64,000 nucleotides of DNA, from NCBI GenBank assembly GCA_030390025.1, contig CM059433.1, positions 32,986,001-33,050,000 of the forward strand. The letters run 5' to 3'. Shown piece after piece: positions 1 through 16,300 of the stretch. Within the stretch, counting starts at the first letter, position 1; each line of letters begins with the position of its first letter. The position numbers and the translations under genes are program-made. The notes under the pieces are model-generated. The model was not told the origin of the DNA, did no database searches, and saw only the letters and a list, made by a program, of their open reading frames with translations. The DNA comes from Squalus acanthias. Taxonomy: Eukaryota.

Positions 1-3000
1 GATCAATCGTAGAATCAATCACAGGATCAATGATAGAATCAGTCACATGAACTGACATAGAATCAATCACAGGATCAATCATAGAATCAATCACATGATC
101 AATCATACAATTAATCACAAGATCAATCACAGAATCAATCACATGATCTGACATGCAATCAATCAGGGGATCAATCATAGAATCAATCAGGTGATCAATC
201 ATAGAATCAATCAGATGATCAATCATAGAATCAATCACATGATCAATCATAGAATCAATCACAGGATCAATCAGAGAATCAATCACCTGATCAGTCATAG
301 AATCAATCACATGATCAATCAGAGAATCTATCACATGATCAATCGTAGAATCAAAAACATGATCAATCATAGAATCAATCAAATTATTATCACAGGATCA
401 ATCACAGGATCAATCATAGAATCAATCATAGAATCAATCACATGATCATCACAGGATCAATCACAGGAACCAGCAATGAAACAATCATAGAATCAATCAC
501 AGGATCAAGCAAGGATCAATCATAGAATCAGTAAGATGAACAATCACAGGATCAATCATAGAATAAATCAAATGATCTATCATAGAATCAATCATAGAAT
601 TAATAATATGATCTGTCACAGGCTCGCTCACAGGATCAATCACATGATCAACCACAGGATCATCATAAAATATAACAGAATATAAATTACAGGTGCAATC
701 ACAGAATCAATCACATGATCAATCATAGAATCAATCACATGATAAATCATATAATCAATCACATGATTAATCATAGAATCAATAACATGATCAATCATAG
801 AATCATTCACATGATTAATCATACAATCAGTCACATAATCAATCAGAGAATCAATCAGATGATCAATCATTGAATCAATCACATGATCAAAGATATAATC
901 AATCACAGGAGCAATCATAGAATCAATCACAGGATCAGTCATAGAATCAATCACAGGATCAATCATAGAATCATTCACATGATTAATCATAGAATCAATC
1001 ACACGATCAGTCATAGAATCAATCAGATGACCAATCATTGAATCAGTCAGATGAACAATCACAGGATCAATCATAGAATAAATCAAATGATCTATCATAG
1101 AATCAATCATAGAATCAATAACATGTCCTGTCACAGGATCACTCACAGTATCAATTATATGGTCAACCAAAGGATCATCGTAAAATCTAAAAGAAAATTA
1201 ATAACAGTAGCAATCATAGAATCAGTCACATGATCAATCATAGAATTAGTCACAGCATCAACAACAGAATGAGTCACATGATCTAACATAGAATCAATCA
1301 GAGCATCAATCATACAATCAATCACATGATCGATCATCTAATCAATCACATTATCAACCATAGAATCAATCACATAATCAATCACAGAAGCAAACACATG
1401 ATCAAACATAGAATCAATCAGATGATCAATCATCGGAACAATTATAGAATCAAGCAAAGGATCAATCACAGGAACAATCAAACAATTTTTCGCATGATCA
1501 AACATAGAATCAATCACAGAATCAATCACATCATCAATCATAGAATCAATCACATGATCAATCATAGAATGAATCACATGATCAATCATAGAATCAATCA
1601 CAGAATCAATCATAGAATCAATCAGATGATCTATCATAGAATCAATCACATGATCAATCATAGAATCAAACACAGGATCAATCAGAGAATCAATCCCATG
1701 ATCAATCATAGAATCAATCACATGATCAATCATAGAATCAATCACATGATCGATCATAGAATGAGTCACGTGATCTATCAAGAATCAATCACATGATCAA
1801 ACATAGAATCAATCACATGATCAATCACATGATCAATCATTGAATCAATCAAATATTCGAACACACGATCAATCATGGAATCAATCACATTATCAATCAT
1901 AATATCAATCACATCATCGAGCACATGTTCAATCATAGAATCTATCACAGGATCAATCAGAGAATCAGTCAGATGATCTGACATGGAATCAATCAGGGGA
2001 TCAATCATAGAATCAGTCAGATGATCAATCATAGAATCAATCAAATGATGAATCATAGAATCAATCACAAGATCAATCACAGAATCAATCACATGATTAA
2101 ACATAGAATAAATGACATGATCAAGCATAGATTCAATCACATGATCAATCATAGAATCAAACACATGATCAATCATAGAATCATTCACATGATCGATCAT
2201 AGAATCAGTCACGTGATCTATCATAGAATCAATCACATGATCAATCATAGAATCAATCACATGATTAACCATAGAATAAATGACATGATCAAGCATAGAT
2301 TCAATCACATGATCAATCATAGAATCAAACACATGATCAATCATAGAATCATTCACATGATCGATCATAGAATCAGTCACGTGATCTATCATAGAATCAA
2401 TCACATGATCAAACATAGAATCAATCACATGATCAATCATATAATCATTCACATGATTAATCATTGAATCAATCACATGATCAATCGTAGAATCAATCAG
2501 ATGATCAATCATTGAATCAATCACATGATCAATCGTAGGATGAATTACAGGATCAATCATAGAATCATTCACCTGATCTATGATACAATTAAGTATTGGA
2601 TAAATCATAGAATCAATCACAGGATCAATCATGGAAACAGTCATTGAATAAATCATAGAATCAATCAGAGAAACAATCACAGGATGAATCACAGGATCAA
2701 TCACAGGATGAATCATTGAATAGATCACATGATCAATCACATGATCAATCATGCACTCATTCACATGATCAATCATAGAATCCATCACATGATCAAACAT
2801 AGAATCAATCACATGATCAATCATAGGAACAATTATAGAATTAAGCAAAGGATCAATCACAGGAACAATCAAACAATCAATCGCATGATCAGACATAGAA
2901 TCAATCACATGATCAATCACATGATCAATCATAGAATCAATCACAAAATCAATCACAGAATCAATCACATCATCAATCATAGAATGAATCACATGATCAA

Positions 3001-6000
3001 TCATAGAATCAATCACAGGATCAATCATAGAATCAATCACAGGATCAATCATAGAATCAATCACAGGATCAATCATAGAATCAATCACATGATCAATCAT
3101 ATAATCAAACACAGGATCAATCAGAGAATCAAACCCATGATCAATCATAGAATCAATCACATGATCAATCATAGAATCAATCACATGATCGATCATAGAA
3201 TCAGTCACATGATCTATCATAGAATTAATCACATGATCAAACATAGAATCAATCACATGATCATTCACATGATCAATCATAGAATCAATCAAATGATCGA
3301 TCACGGGATCAATCATGGAATCAGTCACATTATCAATCATAGAAGCAATCACATGATCAATTAATGAATCAAATAGATGATCAATCATAGAATCAATCAC
3401 ATGCTCAATCATAGAATCAATCATATGATCAATCACATGATCAATCATAGAATCAATCACAGGATCAATCAGAGAATCAATCACATGATTATCACAGAAT
3501 CATTCACAGGATCAATCATAGAATCAATCATAGAATCCCTCATAGGATCAATCATAGAATCAATCACAAGATAAATCGTAGAATCAATCATATGATCAAT
3601 CATAGAATCAGTCACATGATCAATCATAGAATCAATCACAGGATCAATCAGAGAATCAATCACATCATTATCACAGAATCATTCACAGGATCAATCATAG
3701 AATCAATCATAGAATCAATCACAGGAACAATCATAGAATCAATCACATGATCATCACAGGATCAATCACAGGAACAATCAATGAAACAATCATAGAATCA
3801 ATCAGAGGATCAAGCAAGGATCATTCATAGAATCAGTCAGATGAACAATCATAGGATCAATCATAGAATAAATCAAATGATCTATCATAGAATCAATCAT
3901 AGAATCAATAATATGATCTGTCACAGGATCACTCACAGGATCAATCATATGATCTACCAAAGGATCATCATAAAATCTAAAAGAAAATCAATAACAGGAG
4001 CAATCATAGAATCAATCACATGATCAATCATAGATTCAATCACAGGATCAATCACAGGCTCAATCATAGAATCGATCACATGATAAATCATAGAATCAAT
4101 CATAGAATGAATCACATGATCAATTACATGATCAATCATAGAATCAGTCACATGATCAATCATAGAATCAATCACAGGATCAATCACAGAATGAGTCACA
4201 TGATCTGACATAGAATCAATCAGGGGATCAATCATACAATCAATCAGATGATCAATCATAGAATCAATCACATGATCAATCATAGAAACAAACACATAAT
4301 CAATCATAAAATCAATCAGATGATCAATCATAGAATCAATCACAGGACCAAGCATAGAATCAATCACATGATCAATCATAGAATCAATCTTAGAATCAAT
4401 CACATGATCAATCACAGGATCAATCATAGAATCAATCACAGGATCAAACATAGAATCAATCAGATGATCAATCATAGAATCAATCATAAAATCAATCACA
4501 TGATCAATGATAGATTCAATCACATGATCAATCATAGAATCAATCACAGGATCAATCATAGAATCAACCACATGATCAATCATCTTATCAATCACATTAT
4601 CAATCATAGAATCAATCACATAATCAATCATAGAAGCAATCACATGATCAAACATAGAATCAATCAGATGATCAATCATTGAATCAACCACATGATCAAT
4701 CGTAGGATCAATCACAGGATCCATCATAGAATCATGCACATGATCTATGATAGAATCAATTACTGGATAAATCATAGAATCAATCACAGATTCAATCATG
4801 GAATCAGACATTGAATCAATCATAGAATCAATCACAGGTTCACTCACACGATCAATCACAGTTTGAATCATTGAATAGATCACATGATCAATCACAGGAG
4901 CAATAACAGGATCAATCATGGAATCAAACAATGAATCAATCACATGATCAATCATGGAATCAATCACAGGAACAATCATAGAATCAATCACATGATCATT
5001 ACAGGATTAATCAGAGAATCAATCACATGATTAGCACAGAATTAATCACAAGATCAATCATAGAATCAATTATAGAATCAATCACAGGAACAATCATAGA
5101 ATCAATCACATGATTATCACAGGATCAATCACAGGAACAATCAATAAAACAATCATAGAATCAATCACAGGATCAAGCAAGGATCATTCATAGAATCAGT
5201 CAGATGAACAATCACAGGATCAATCATAGAATAATTCAAATGATCTATCATAGAATCAATCATAGAATCAATAACATGATCTGTCACAGGATCACTCACA
5301 GTATCAATTATATGGTCAAGCAAAGGATCATCATAAAATCTAAAAGAAAATTAATAACAGTAGCAATCATAGAATCATCCACATGATCAATCATAGAATC
5401 AATCACAGGATCAATCACATGATCAATCATAGAATCAGTCACATGATCAATCATAGAATTAATCACAGCATCAATCACAGAATGAGTCACATGATCTGAC
5501 ATAGAATCAATCAGAGGATCAATCATACAATCAATCAGATGATCAATCATACAATCAATCACATGATCAATCATAGAATCAAACACATGATCAATCATAG
5601 AATCAATCACCTGATTAATCATAGAATCAATCACAGGATCAAGCATAGAATCAATCACATGATCAATCATCTAATCAATCACATTATCAACCATAGAATC
5701 AATCACATAATCAATCATAGAAGCAATCACATGATCAAACATAGAATCAGTCACATGATCAATCATAGAATCAATCAGAGGATCAATCACAGAATGAGTC
5801 ACATGATCTGACATAGAATCAATCAGGGGATCAATCATACAATCAATCAGATGATCAATCATAGAATCAATCACATGATCAATCATAGAATCAATCACAG
5901 GACCAAGCATAGAATCAATCACATGATCAATCATAGAATCAATCTTAGAATCAATCACATGATCAATCACAGGATCAATCATTGAATCAATCACATGATC

Positions 6001-9000
6001 AATCGTAGGATCAATCACAGGATCCATCATAGAATCAGTCACATGATATATGATAGAATCAATTACTGGATAAATCATACAATCAAACACAGGATCAATC
6101 ATGGAATCAGACATTGAATCAATCATAGAATCAATCACAGGATCAATCACATGATCAATCACAGGATCAAGCATAGAATCAATCACATGATCTGTCATAG
6201 AAACAATCATAGGATCAATCATAGAATCAATCACAGGATTAATCACAGAATCAATCACATGATCAATCACAGATTCACTCAAAGATTCAATCACATGATT
6301 AATCATAGGATCAATCACATTATTAATCAAATAATCAATCATATAATCTATCACTAGATCAATCACAGAATCAATCACATGATCAATCATAGAATCAATC
6401 ACATGATCATACATACAATTAATCACATGATCAATCATAGAATCAATCACATGATCAATCATAGAATCAATCACAGGATCAATCTTAGAATCAATCACAT
6501 GATCAATCGTAGAATCAATCACAGGATCAATGATAGAATCAGTCACATGATCTGTCAAAGAATCAATCACAGTATCAATCATAGAATCAATCAGATGATC
6601 AATCATACAATCAATCACATGATCATCACAGGATCAATCACAGGAACAATCAATGAAATAATCATAGAATCAATCACAGTATCAAGCAAGGATCAATCAT
6701 AGAATCAGTAAGATGAACAATCACAGGATCACTCATAGAATAAATCAAATGATCTATCATAGAATCAATCATAGAATCAATAATATGATCTGTCACAGAA
6801 TCAATCACAGGATCAATGATAGAATCAATCACAGGATCAATCATAGAATCAATCACAGGATCAATCATAGAATCAATCACAGGATCAATCATAGAATAAT
6901 TCAAATGATCTACTAGAGAATCAATCATAGAATCAAAAATATGATCTGTCACAGAATCACTCACGGGATCAATCACATGATCAACCACAGGATCAAATAA
7001 AGAATGAATCAAAGGAACAATAATAGAATCAATCACATGATCAATCACATGATCAATCATCGAATCAATCACTGGATCAATCACATGATCAATCATAGAA
7101 TAAATCAAATGATCTATCATAGAATCAATCATAGAATCAATAATATGATCAATCATAGAATTAATCACAGGCTCAAGCATAGAATCAATCACATCATCAA
7201 TCATAGAATCAAACACATGATCAATCTTTGAATCAATCATATAATCAATCACAAGATCAATCACAGAATCAATCACATGATCAATCATAGAATCAATCAC
7301 ATGATCCATCATAAAATATATCACATGAACAATCATAGAATCAATTACATGACCAATCATAGAATCAATCACAGGGTCAATCTTAGAATCAATCACATGA
7401 TCAATCGTAGAATCAATCACAGGATCAATCATAGAATCAATCACATGATCAATCATACAATTATTCACAAGATCAATCACAGAATCAATCACATGATCAA
7501 TCATAGAATCAATGAGATGATCAATCATAGAATCAATCACAGGATCAATCGTAGAATCAAAAACATGATCAATCATAGAATCAATCAAATGATTATCACA
7601 GGATCAATCACAGGATCAATCATAGAATCAATCATAGAATCAATCACATGATCATCACAGGATCAATCACAGGAACCAGCAATGAAACAATCATAGAATC
7701 AATCACAGGATCAAGCAAGGATCAATCATAGAATCAGTAAGATGAACAATCACAGGATCAATCATAGAATAAATCAAATGATCTATCATAGAATCAATCA
7801 TAGAATCAATAATATGATCTGTCACAGGCTCGCTCACAGGATCAATCACATGATCAACCACAGGATCATCATAAAATCTAACAGAATATAAATTACAGGT
7901 GCAATCACAGAATCAATCACATGATCAATCATAGAATCAATCACATGATAAATCATATAATCCAACATAGAATCAATCACATCATCAATCACATGATCAA
8001 TCATAGAATCAGTCACATGTTCAATCATATAATCTATCATAGGATCAATCACCGAATCAGTCACATGAACTGACATAGAATCAATCAGGGGATCAATGAT
8101 AGAATCAATCACATGATCAATCATAGAATCAATCAAATGATCAATCACAGAATCAATCACAAGATCAATCACAGAATCAATCACATGATCAATCATAGAA
8201 TCAATCACATGATAAATCACATGATCAATCATAGAATCATTCACATGATTAATCATAGAATCAATCACAGGATCAATCACATAATGAGTCACATGATCTG
8301 ACATAGATTCAATCAGAGCATCAGTCATAGAATCAATCAGATGACCAAACATAGAATCAATCACATGATCAATCATGGAATCAATCACATGATCAATCAT
8401 AGAATCTATCACATGCTCAATCATAGAATCAATCACAGGCTCAAGCATAGAATCAGTCCCATGATCAATCATACAATCAATCACAAGATCAATCACAGAA
8501 TCAATCACTTGATCAATCATAGAATCAATCACATGATCAATCATACAATTAATCACATGATCAATCATAGAAACAATCACATGATCAATCGTAGAATCAA
8601 TCACAGGATCAATGATAGAATCAGTCACATGATCTGACATAGAATCAATCACAGGATCAATCATAGAATCAATCAGATGATCAATCATAGAATCAATCAC
8701 ATGATCAATCATAGAATCAATCACAGGATCAATCAGAGAATCAATCACATGATCAATCATAGAATCAATCACATGATCAATCAGAGAATCTATCACATGA
8801 TCAATCGTAGAATCAAAAACATGATCAATCATAGAATCAATCACATGATGCTCACAGGATCAATCACAGGATCAATCATAGAATCAATCATAGAATCAAT
8901 CACATGATCATCACAGGATCAATCACGGGAACCATCAATGAAACAATCATAGAATCAATCACAGGATCAAGCAAGGATCAATAATAGAATCAGTAAGATG

Positions 9001-10340
9001 AACAATCACAGGATCAATCATAGAATAAATCAAATGATCTATCATAGAATCAATCAAAGAATCAATAACATGATCTGTCACAGGATCACTCACAGGATCA
9101 ATCACATGATCAACCACAGGATCATCAGAAAATCTAACAGAAAATAAATCACTGGAGCAATCATAAAATCAATCACATGATCAATCATAGATTCAATCAC
9201 ATGATAATTCATACAATCAATCATAGAATCAAGCACATCATCGATCACATGATCAATCATAGAATCAGTCACATGTTCAATCATAGAATCTATCACAGGA
9301 TCAATCACAGAATCATTCACATGATCTGACATGCAATCAATCAGGGGATCAATCATAGAATCAATCAGGTGATCAATCATAGAATCAATCAAATGATCAA
9401 TCATAGAATCAATCACATGATTAATCATAGAATAAATGACATGATCAAGCATAGATTCAATCACATGATCAATCATAGAATCAATCACAGGATCAATCAT
9501 AGAATCAATAACATGATCAATCATAGAATCATTCACATGATTAATCATACAATCAGTCACATAATCAATCAGAGAATCAATCAGATGATCAATCATTGAA
9601 TCAATCACATGATCAATGATATAATCAATCACAGGATCAATCATAGAATCAATCACAGGATCAGTCATAGAATCAATCACAGGATCAATCATAGAATCAT
9701 TCACATGATTAATCATAGAATCAATCACATAATCAATCATAGAATCAATCACATGATCAGTCATAGAATCAATCAGATGACCAATCATTGAATCAGTCAG
9801 ATGAACAATCACAGGATCAATCATAGAATAAATCAAATGATCTATCATAGAATCAATCATAGAATCAATAACATGATCTGTCACAGGATCACTCACAGTA
9901 TCAATTATATGGCCACCAAAGGATCATCATAAAATCTAAAAGAAAATTAATAACAGTAGCAATCATAGAATCATCCACATGATCAATCATAGAATCAATC
10001 ACAGGATCAATAACATGATCAATCATAGAATCATTCACATGATCAATTATAGAATTAGTCACAGCATCAATCACAGAATGAGTCACATGATCTGACATAG
10101 AATCAATCAGAGGATCAATCATACAATCAATCAGATGATCAATCATAGAATCAATCACATGATCAATCTTTGAATCAATCATATAATCAATCACAAGATC
10201 AATCACAGAATCAATCACATGTTCAATCATAGAATCAATCACATGATCAATCATAAAATATATCACATGATCAAACATATAATCAATTACATGATCAATC
10301 ATAGAATCAATCACAGGATCAATCTTAGAATCAATCACAT
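1..10340. repeat. Higher-order repeat, copy 1 (10,340-bp period; start set by window edge)
   Basis: Position 1 recurs at 10341 (gatcaatcgtagaatcaatcacaggatcaatgatag). Identical ORF translations are offset by 10,340 (191/10531, 640/10980, 1326/11666). Confidence 0.95.
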
Positions 10341-13300
10341 GATCAATCGTAGAATCAATCACAGGATCAATGATAGAATCAGTCACATGAACTGACATAG
10401 AATCAATCACAGGATCAATCATAGAATCAATCACATGATCAATCATACAATTAATCACAAGATCAATCACAGAATCAATCACATGATCTGACATGCAATC
10501 AATCAGGGGATCAATCATAGAATCAATCAGGTGATCAATCATAGAATCAATCAGATGATCAATCATAGAATCAATCACATGATCAATCATAGAATCAATC
10601 ACAGGATCAATCAGAGAATCAATCACCTGATCAGTCATAGAATCAATCACATGATCAATCAGAGAATCTATCACATGATCAATCGTAGAATCAAAAACAT
10701 GATCAATCATAGAATCAATCAAATTATTATCACAGGATCAATCACAGGATCAATCATAGAATCAATCATAGAATCAATCACATGATCATCACAGGATCAA
10801 TCACAGGAACCAGCAATGAAACAATCATAGAATCAATCACAGGATCAAGCAAGGATCAATCATAGAATCAGTAAGATGAACAATCACAGGATCAATCATA
10901 GAATAAATCAAATGATCTATCATAGAATCAATCATAGAATTAATAATATGATCTGTCACAGGCTCGCTCACAGGATCAATCACATGATCAACCACAGGAT
11001 CATCATAAAATATAACAGAATATAAATTACAGGTGCAATCACAGAATCAATCACATGATCAATCATAGAATCAATCACATGATAAATCATATAATCAATC
11101 ACATGATTAATCATAGAATCAATAACATGATCAATCATAGAATCATTCACATGATTAATCATACAATCAGTCACATAATCAATCAGAGAATCAATCAGAT
11201 GATCAATCATTGAATCAATCACATGATCAAAGATATAATCAATCACAGGAGCAATCATAGAATCAATCACAGGATCAGTCATAGAATCAATCACAGGATC
11301 AATCATAGAATCATTCACATGATTAATCATAGAATCAATCACACGATCAGTCATAGAATCAATCAGATGACCAATCATTGAATCAGTCAGATGAACAATC
11401 ACAGGATCAATCATAGAATAAATCAAATGATCTATCATAGAATCAATCATAGAATCAATAACATGTCCTGTCACAGGATCACTCACAGTATCAATTATAT
11501 GGTCAACCAAAGGATCATCGTAAAATCTAAAAGAAAATTAATAACAGTAGCAATCATAGAATCAGTCACATGATCAATCATAGAATTAGTCACAGCATCA
11601 ACAACAGAATGAGTCACATGATCTAACATAGAATCAATCAGAGCATCAATCATACAATCAATCACATGATCGATCATCTAATCAATCACATTATCAACCA
11701 TAGAATCAATCACATAATCAATCACAGAAGCAAACACATGATCAAACATAGAATCAATCAGATGATCAATCATCGGAACAATTATAGAATCAAGCAAAGG
11801 ATCAATCACAGGAACAATCAAACAATTTTTCGCATGATCAAACATAGAATCAATCACAGAATCAATCACATCATCAATCATAGAATCAATCACATGATCA
11901 ATCATAGAATGAATCACATGATCAATCATAGAATCAATCACAGAATCAATCATAGAATCAATCAGATGATCTATCATAGAATCAATCACATGATCAATCA
12001 TAGAATCAAACACAGGATCAATCAGAGAATCAATCCCATGATCAATCATAGAATCAATCACATGATCAATCATAGAATCAATCACATGATCGATCATAGA
12101 ATGAGTCACGTGATCTATCAAGAATCAATCACATGATCAAACATAGAATCAATCACATGATCAATCACATGATCAATCATTGAATCAATCAAATATTCGA
12201 ACACACGATCAATCATGGAATCAATCACATTATCAATCATAATATCAATCACATCATCGAGCACATGTTCAATCATAGAATCTATCACAGGATCAATCAG
12301 AGAATCAGTCAGATGATCTGACATGGAATCAATCAGGGGATCAATCATAGAATCAGTCAGATGATCAATCATAGAATCAATCAAATGATGAATCATAGAA
12401 TCAATCACAAGATCAATCACAGAATCAATCACATGATTAAACATAGAATAAATGACATGATCAAGCATAGATTCAATCACATGATTAATCATAGAATCAA
12501 TCACATGATCAATCATAGAATCATTCACATGATTAATCATACAATCAGTCACATAATCAATCAGAGAATCAATCAGATGATCAATCATTGAATCAATCAC
12601 ATGATCAAAGATATAATCAATCACAGGAGCAATCATAGAATCAATCACAGGATCAGTCATAGAATCAATCACAGGATCAATCATAGAATCATTCACATGA
12701 TTAATCATAGAATCAATCACACGATCAGTCATAGAATCAATCAGATGACCAATCATTGAATCAGTCAGATGAACAATCACAGGATCAATCATAGAATAAA
12801 TCAAATGATCTATCATAGAATCAATCATAGAATCAATAACATGTCCTGTCACAGGATCACTCACAGTATCAATTATATGGTCAACCAAAGGATCATCGTA
12901 AAATCTAAAAGAAAATTAATAACAGTAGCAATCATAGAATCAGTCACATGATCAATCATAGAATTAGTCACAGCATCAACAACAGAATGAGTCACATGAT
13001 CTAACATAGAATCAATCAGAGCATCAATCATACAATCAATCACATGATCGATCATCTAATCAATCACATTATCAACCATAGAATCAATCACATAATCAAT
13101 CACAGAAGCAAACACATGATCAAACATAGAATCAATCAGATGATCAATCATCGGAACAATTATAGAATCAAGCAAAGGATCAATCACAGGAACAATCAAA
13201 CAATTTTTCGCATGATCAAACATAGAATCAATCACAGAATCAATCACATCATCAATCATAGAATCAATCACATGATCAATCATAGAATGAATCACATGAT

Positions 13301-16300
13301 CAATCATAGAATCAATCACAGAATCAATCATAGAATCAATCAGATGATCTATCATAGAATCAATCACATGATCAATCATAGAATCAAACACAGGATCAAT
13401 CAGAGAATCAATCCCATGATCAATCATAGAATCAATCACATGATCAATCATAGAATCAATCACATGATCGATCATAGAATGAGTCACGTGATCTATCAAG
13501 AATCAATCACATGATCAAACATAGAATCAATCACATGATCAATCACATGATCAATCATTGAATCAATCAAATATTCGAACACACGATCAATCATGGAATC
13601 AATCACATTATCAATCATAATATCAATCACATCATCGAGCACATGTTCAATCATAGAATCTATCACAGGATCAATCAGAGAATCAGTCAGATGATCTGAC
13701 ATGGAATCAATCAGGGGATCAATCATAGAATCAGTCAGATGATCAATCATAGAATCAATCAAATGATGAATCATAGAATCAATCACAAGATCAATCACAG
13801 AATCAATCACATGATTAAACATAGAATAAATGACATGATCAAGCATAGATTCAATCACATGATCAATCATAGAATCAAACACATGATCAATCATAGAATC
13901 ATTCACATGATCGATCATAGAATCAGTCACGTGATCTATCATAGAATCAATCACATGATCAATCATAGAATCAATCACATGATTAACCATAGAATAAATG
14001 ACATGATCAAGCATAGATTCAATCACATGATCAATCATAGAATCAAACACATGATCAATCATAGAATCATTCACATGATCGATCATAGAATCAGTCACGT
14101 GATCTATCATAGAATCAATCACATGATCAAACATAGAATCAATCACATGATCAATCATATAATCATTCACATGATTAATCATTGAATCAATCACATGATC
14201 AATCGTAGAATCAATCAGATGATCAATCATTGAATCAATCACATGATCAATCGTAGGATGAATTACAGGATCAATCATAGAATCATTCACCTGATCTATG
14301 ATACAATTAAGTATTGGATAAATCATAGAATCAATCACAGGATCAATCATGGAAACAGTCATTGAATAAATCATAGAATCAATCAGAGAAACAATCACAG
14401 GATGAATCACAGGATCAATCACAGGATGAATCATTGAATAGATCACATGATCAATCACATGATCAATCATGCACTCATTCACATGATCAATCATAGAATC
14501 CATCACATGATCAAACATAGAATCAATCACATGATCAATCATAGGAACAATTATAGAATTAAGCAAAGGATCAATCACAGGAACAATCAAACAATCAATC
14601 GCATGATCAGACATAGAATCAATCACATGATCAATCACATGATCAATCATAGAATCAATCACAAAATCAATCACAGAATCAATCACATCATCAATCATAG
14701 AATGAATCACATGATCAATCATAGAATCAATCACAGGATCAATCATAGAATCAATCACAGGATCAATCATAGAATCAATCACAGGATCAATCATAGAATC
14801 AATCACATGATCAATCATATAATCAAACACAGGATCAATCAGAGAATCAAACCCATGATCAATCATAGAATCAATCACATGATCAATCATAGAATCAATC
14901 ACATGATCGATCATAGAATCAGTCACATGATCTATCATAGAATTAATCACATGATCAAACATAGAATCAATCACATGATCATTCACATGATCAATCATAG
15001 AATCAATCAAATGATCGATCACGGGATCAATCATGGAATCAGTCACATTATCAATCATAGAAGCAATCACATGATCAATTAATGAATCAAATAGATGATC
15101 AATCATAGAATCAATCACATGCTCAATCATAGAATCAATCATATGATCAATCACATGATCAATCATAGAATCAATCACAGGATCAATCAGAGAATCAATC
15201 ACATGATTATCACAGAATCATTCACAGGATCAATCATAGAATCAATCATAGAATCCCTCATAGGATCAATCATAGAATCAATCACAAGATAAATCGTAGA
15301 ATCAATCATATGATCAATCATAGAATCAGTCACATGATCAATCATAGAATCAATCACAGGATCAATCAGAGAATCAATCACATCATTATCACAGAATCAT
15401 TCACAGGATCAATCATAGAATCAATCATAGAATCAATCACAGGAACAATCATAGAATCAATCACATGATCATCACAGGATCAATCACAGGAACAATCAAT
15501 GAAACAATCATAGAATCAATCAGAGGATCAAGCAAGGATCATTCATAGAATCAGTCAGATGAACAATCATAGGATCAATCATAGAATAAATCAAATGATC
15601 TATCATAGAATCAATCATAGAATCAATAATATGATCTGTCACAGGATCACTCACAGGATCAATCATATGATCTACCAAAGGATCATCATAAAATCTAAAA
15701 GAAAATCAATAACAGGAGCAATCATAGAATCAATCACATGATCAATCATAGATTCAATCACAGGATCAATCACAGGCTCAATCATAGAATCGATCACATG
15801 ATAAATCATAGAATCAATCATAGAATGAATCACATGATCAATTACATGATCAATCATAGAATCAGTCACATGATCAATCATAGAATCAATCACAGGATCA
15901 ATCACAGAATGAGTCACATGATCTGACATAGAATCAATCAGGGGATCAATCATACAATCAATCAGATGATCAATCATAGAATCAATCACATGATCAATCA
16001 TAGAAACAAACACATAATCAATCATAAAATCAATCAGATGATCAATCATAGAATCAATCACAGGACCAAGCATAGAATCAATCACATGATCAATCATAGA
16101 ATCAATCTTAGAATCAATCACATGATCAATCACAGGATCAATCATAGAATCAATCACAGGATCAAACATAGAATCAATCAGATGATCAATCATAGAATCA
16201 ATCATAAAATCAATCACATGATCAATGATAGATTCAATCACATGATCAATCATAGAATCAATCACAGGATCAATCATAGAATCAACCACATGATCAATCA

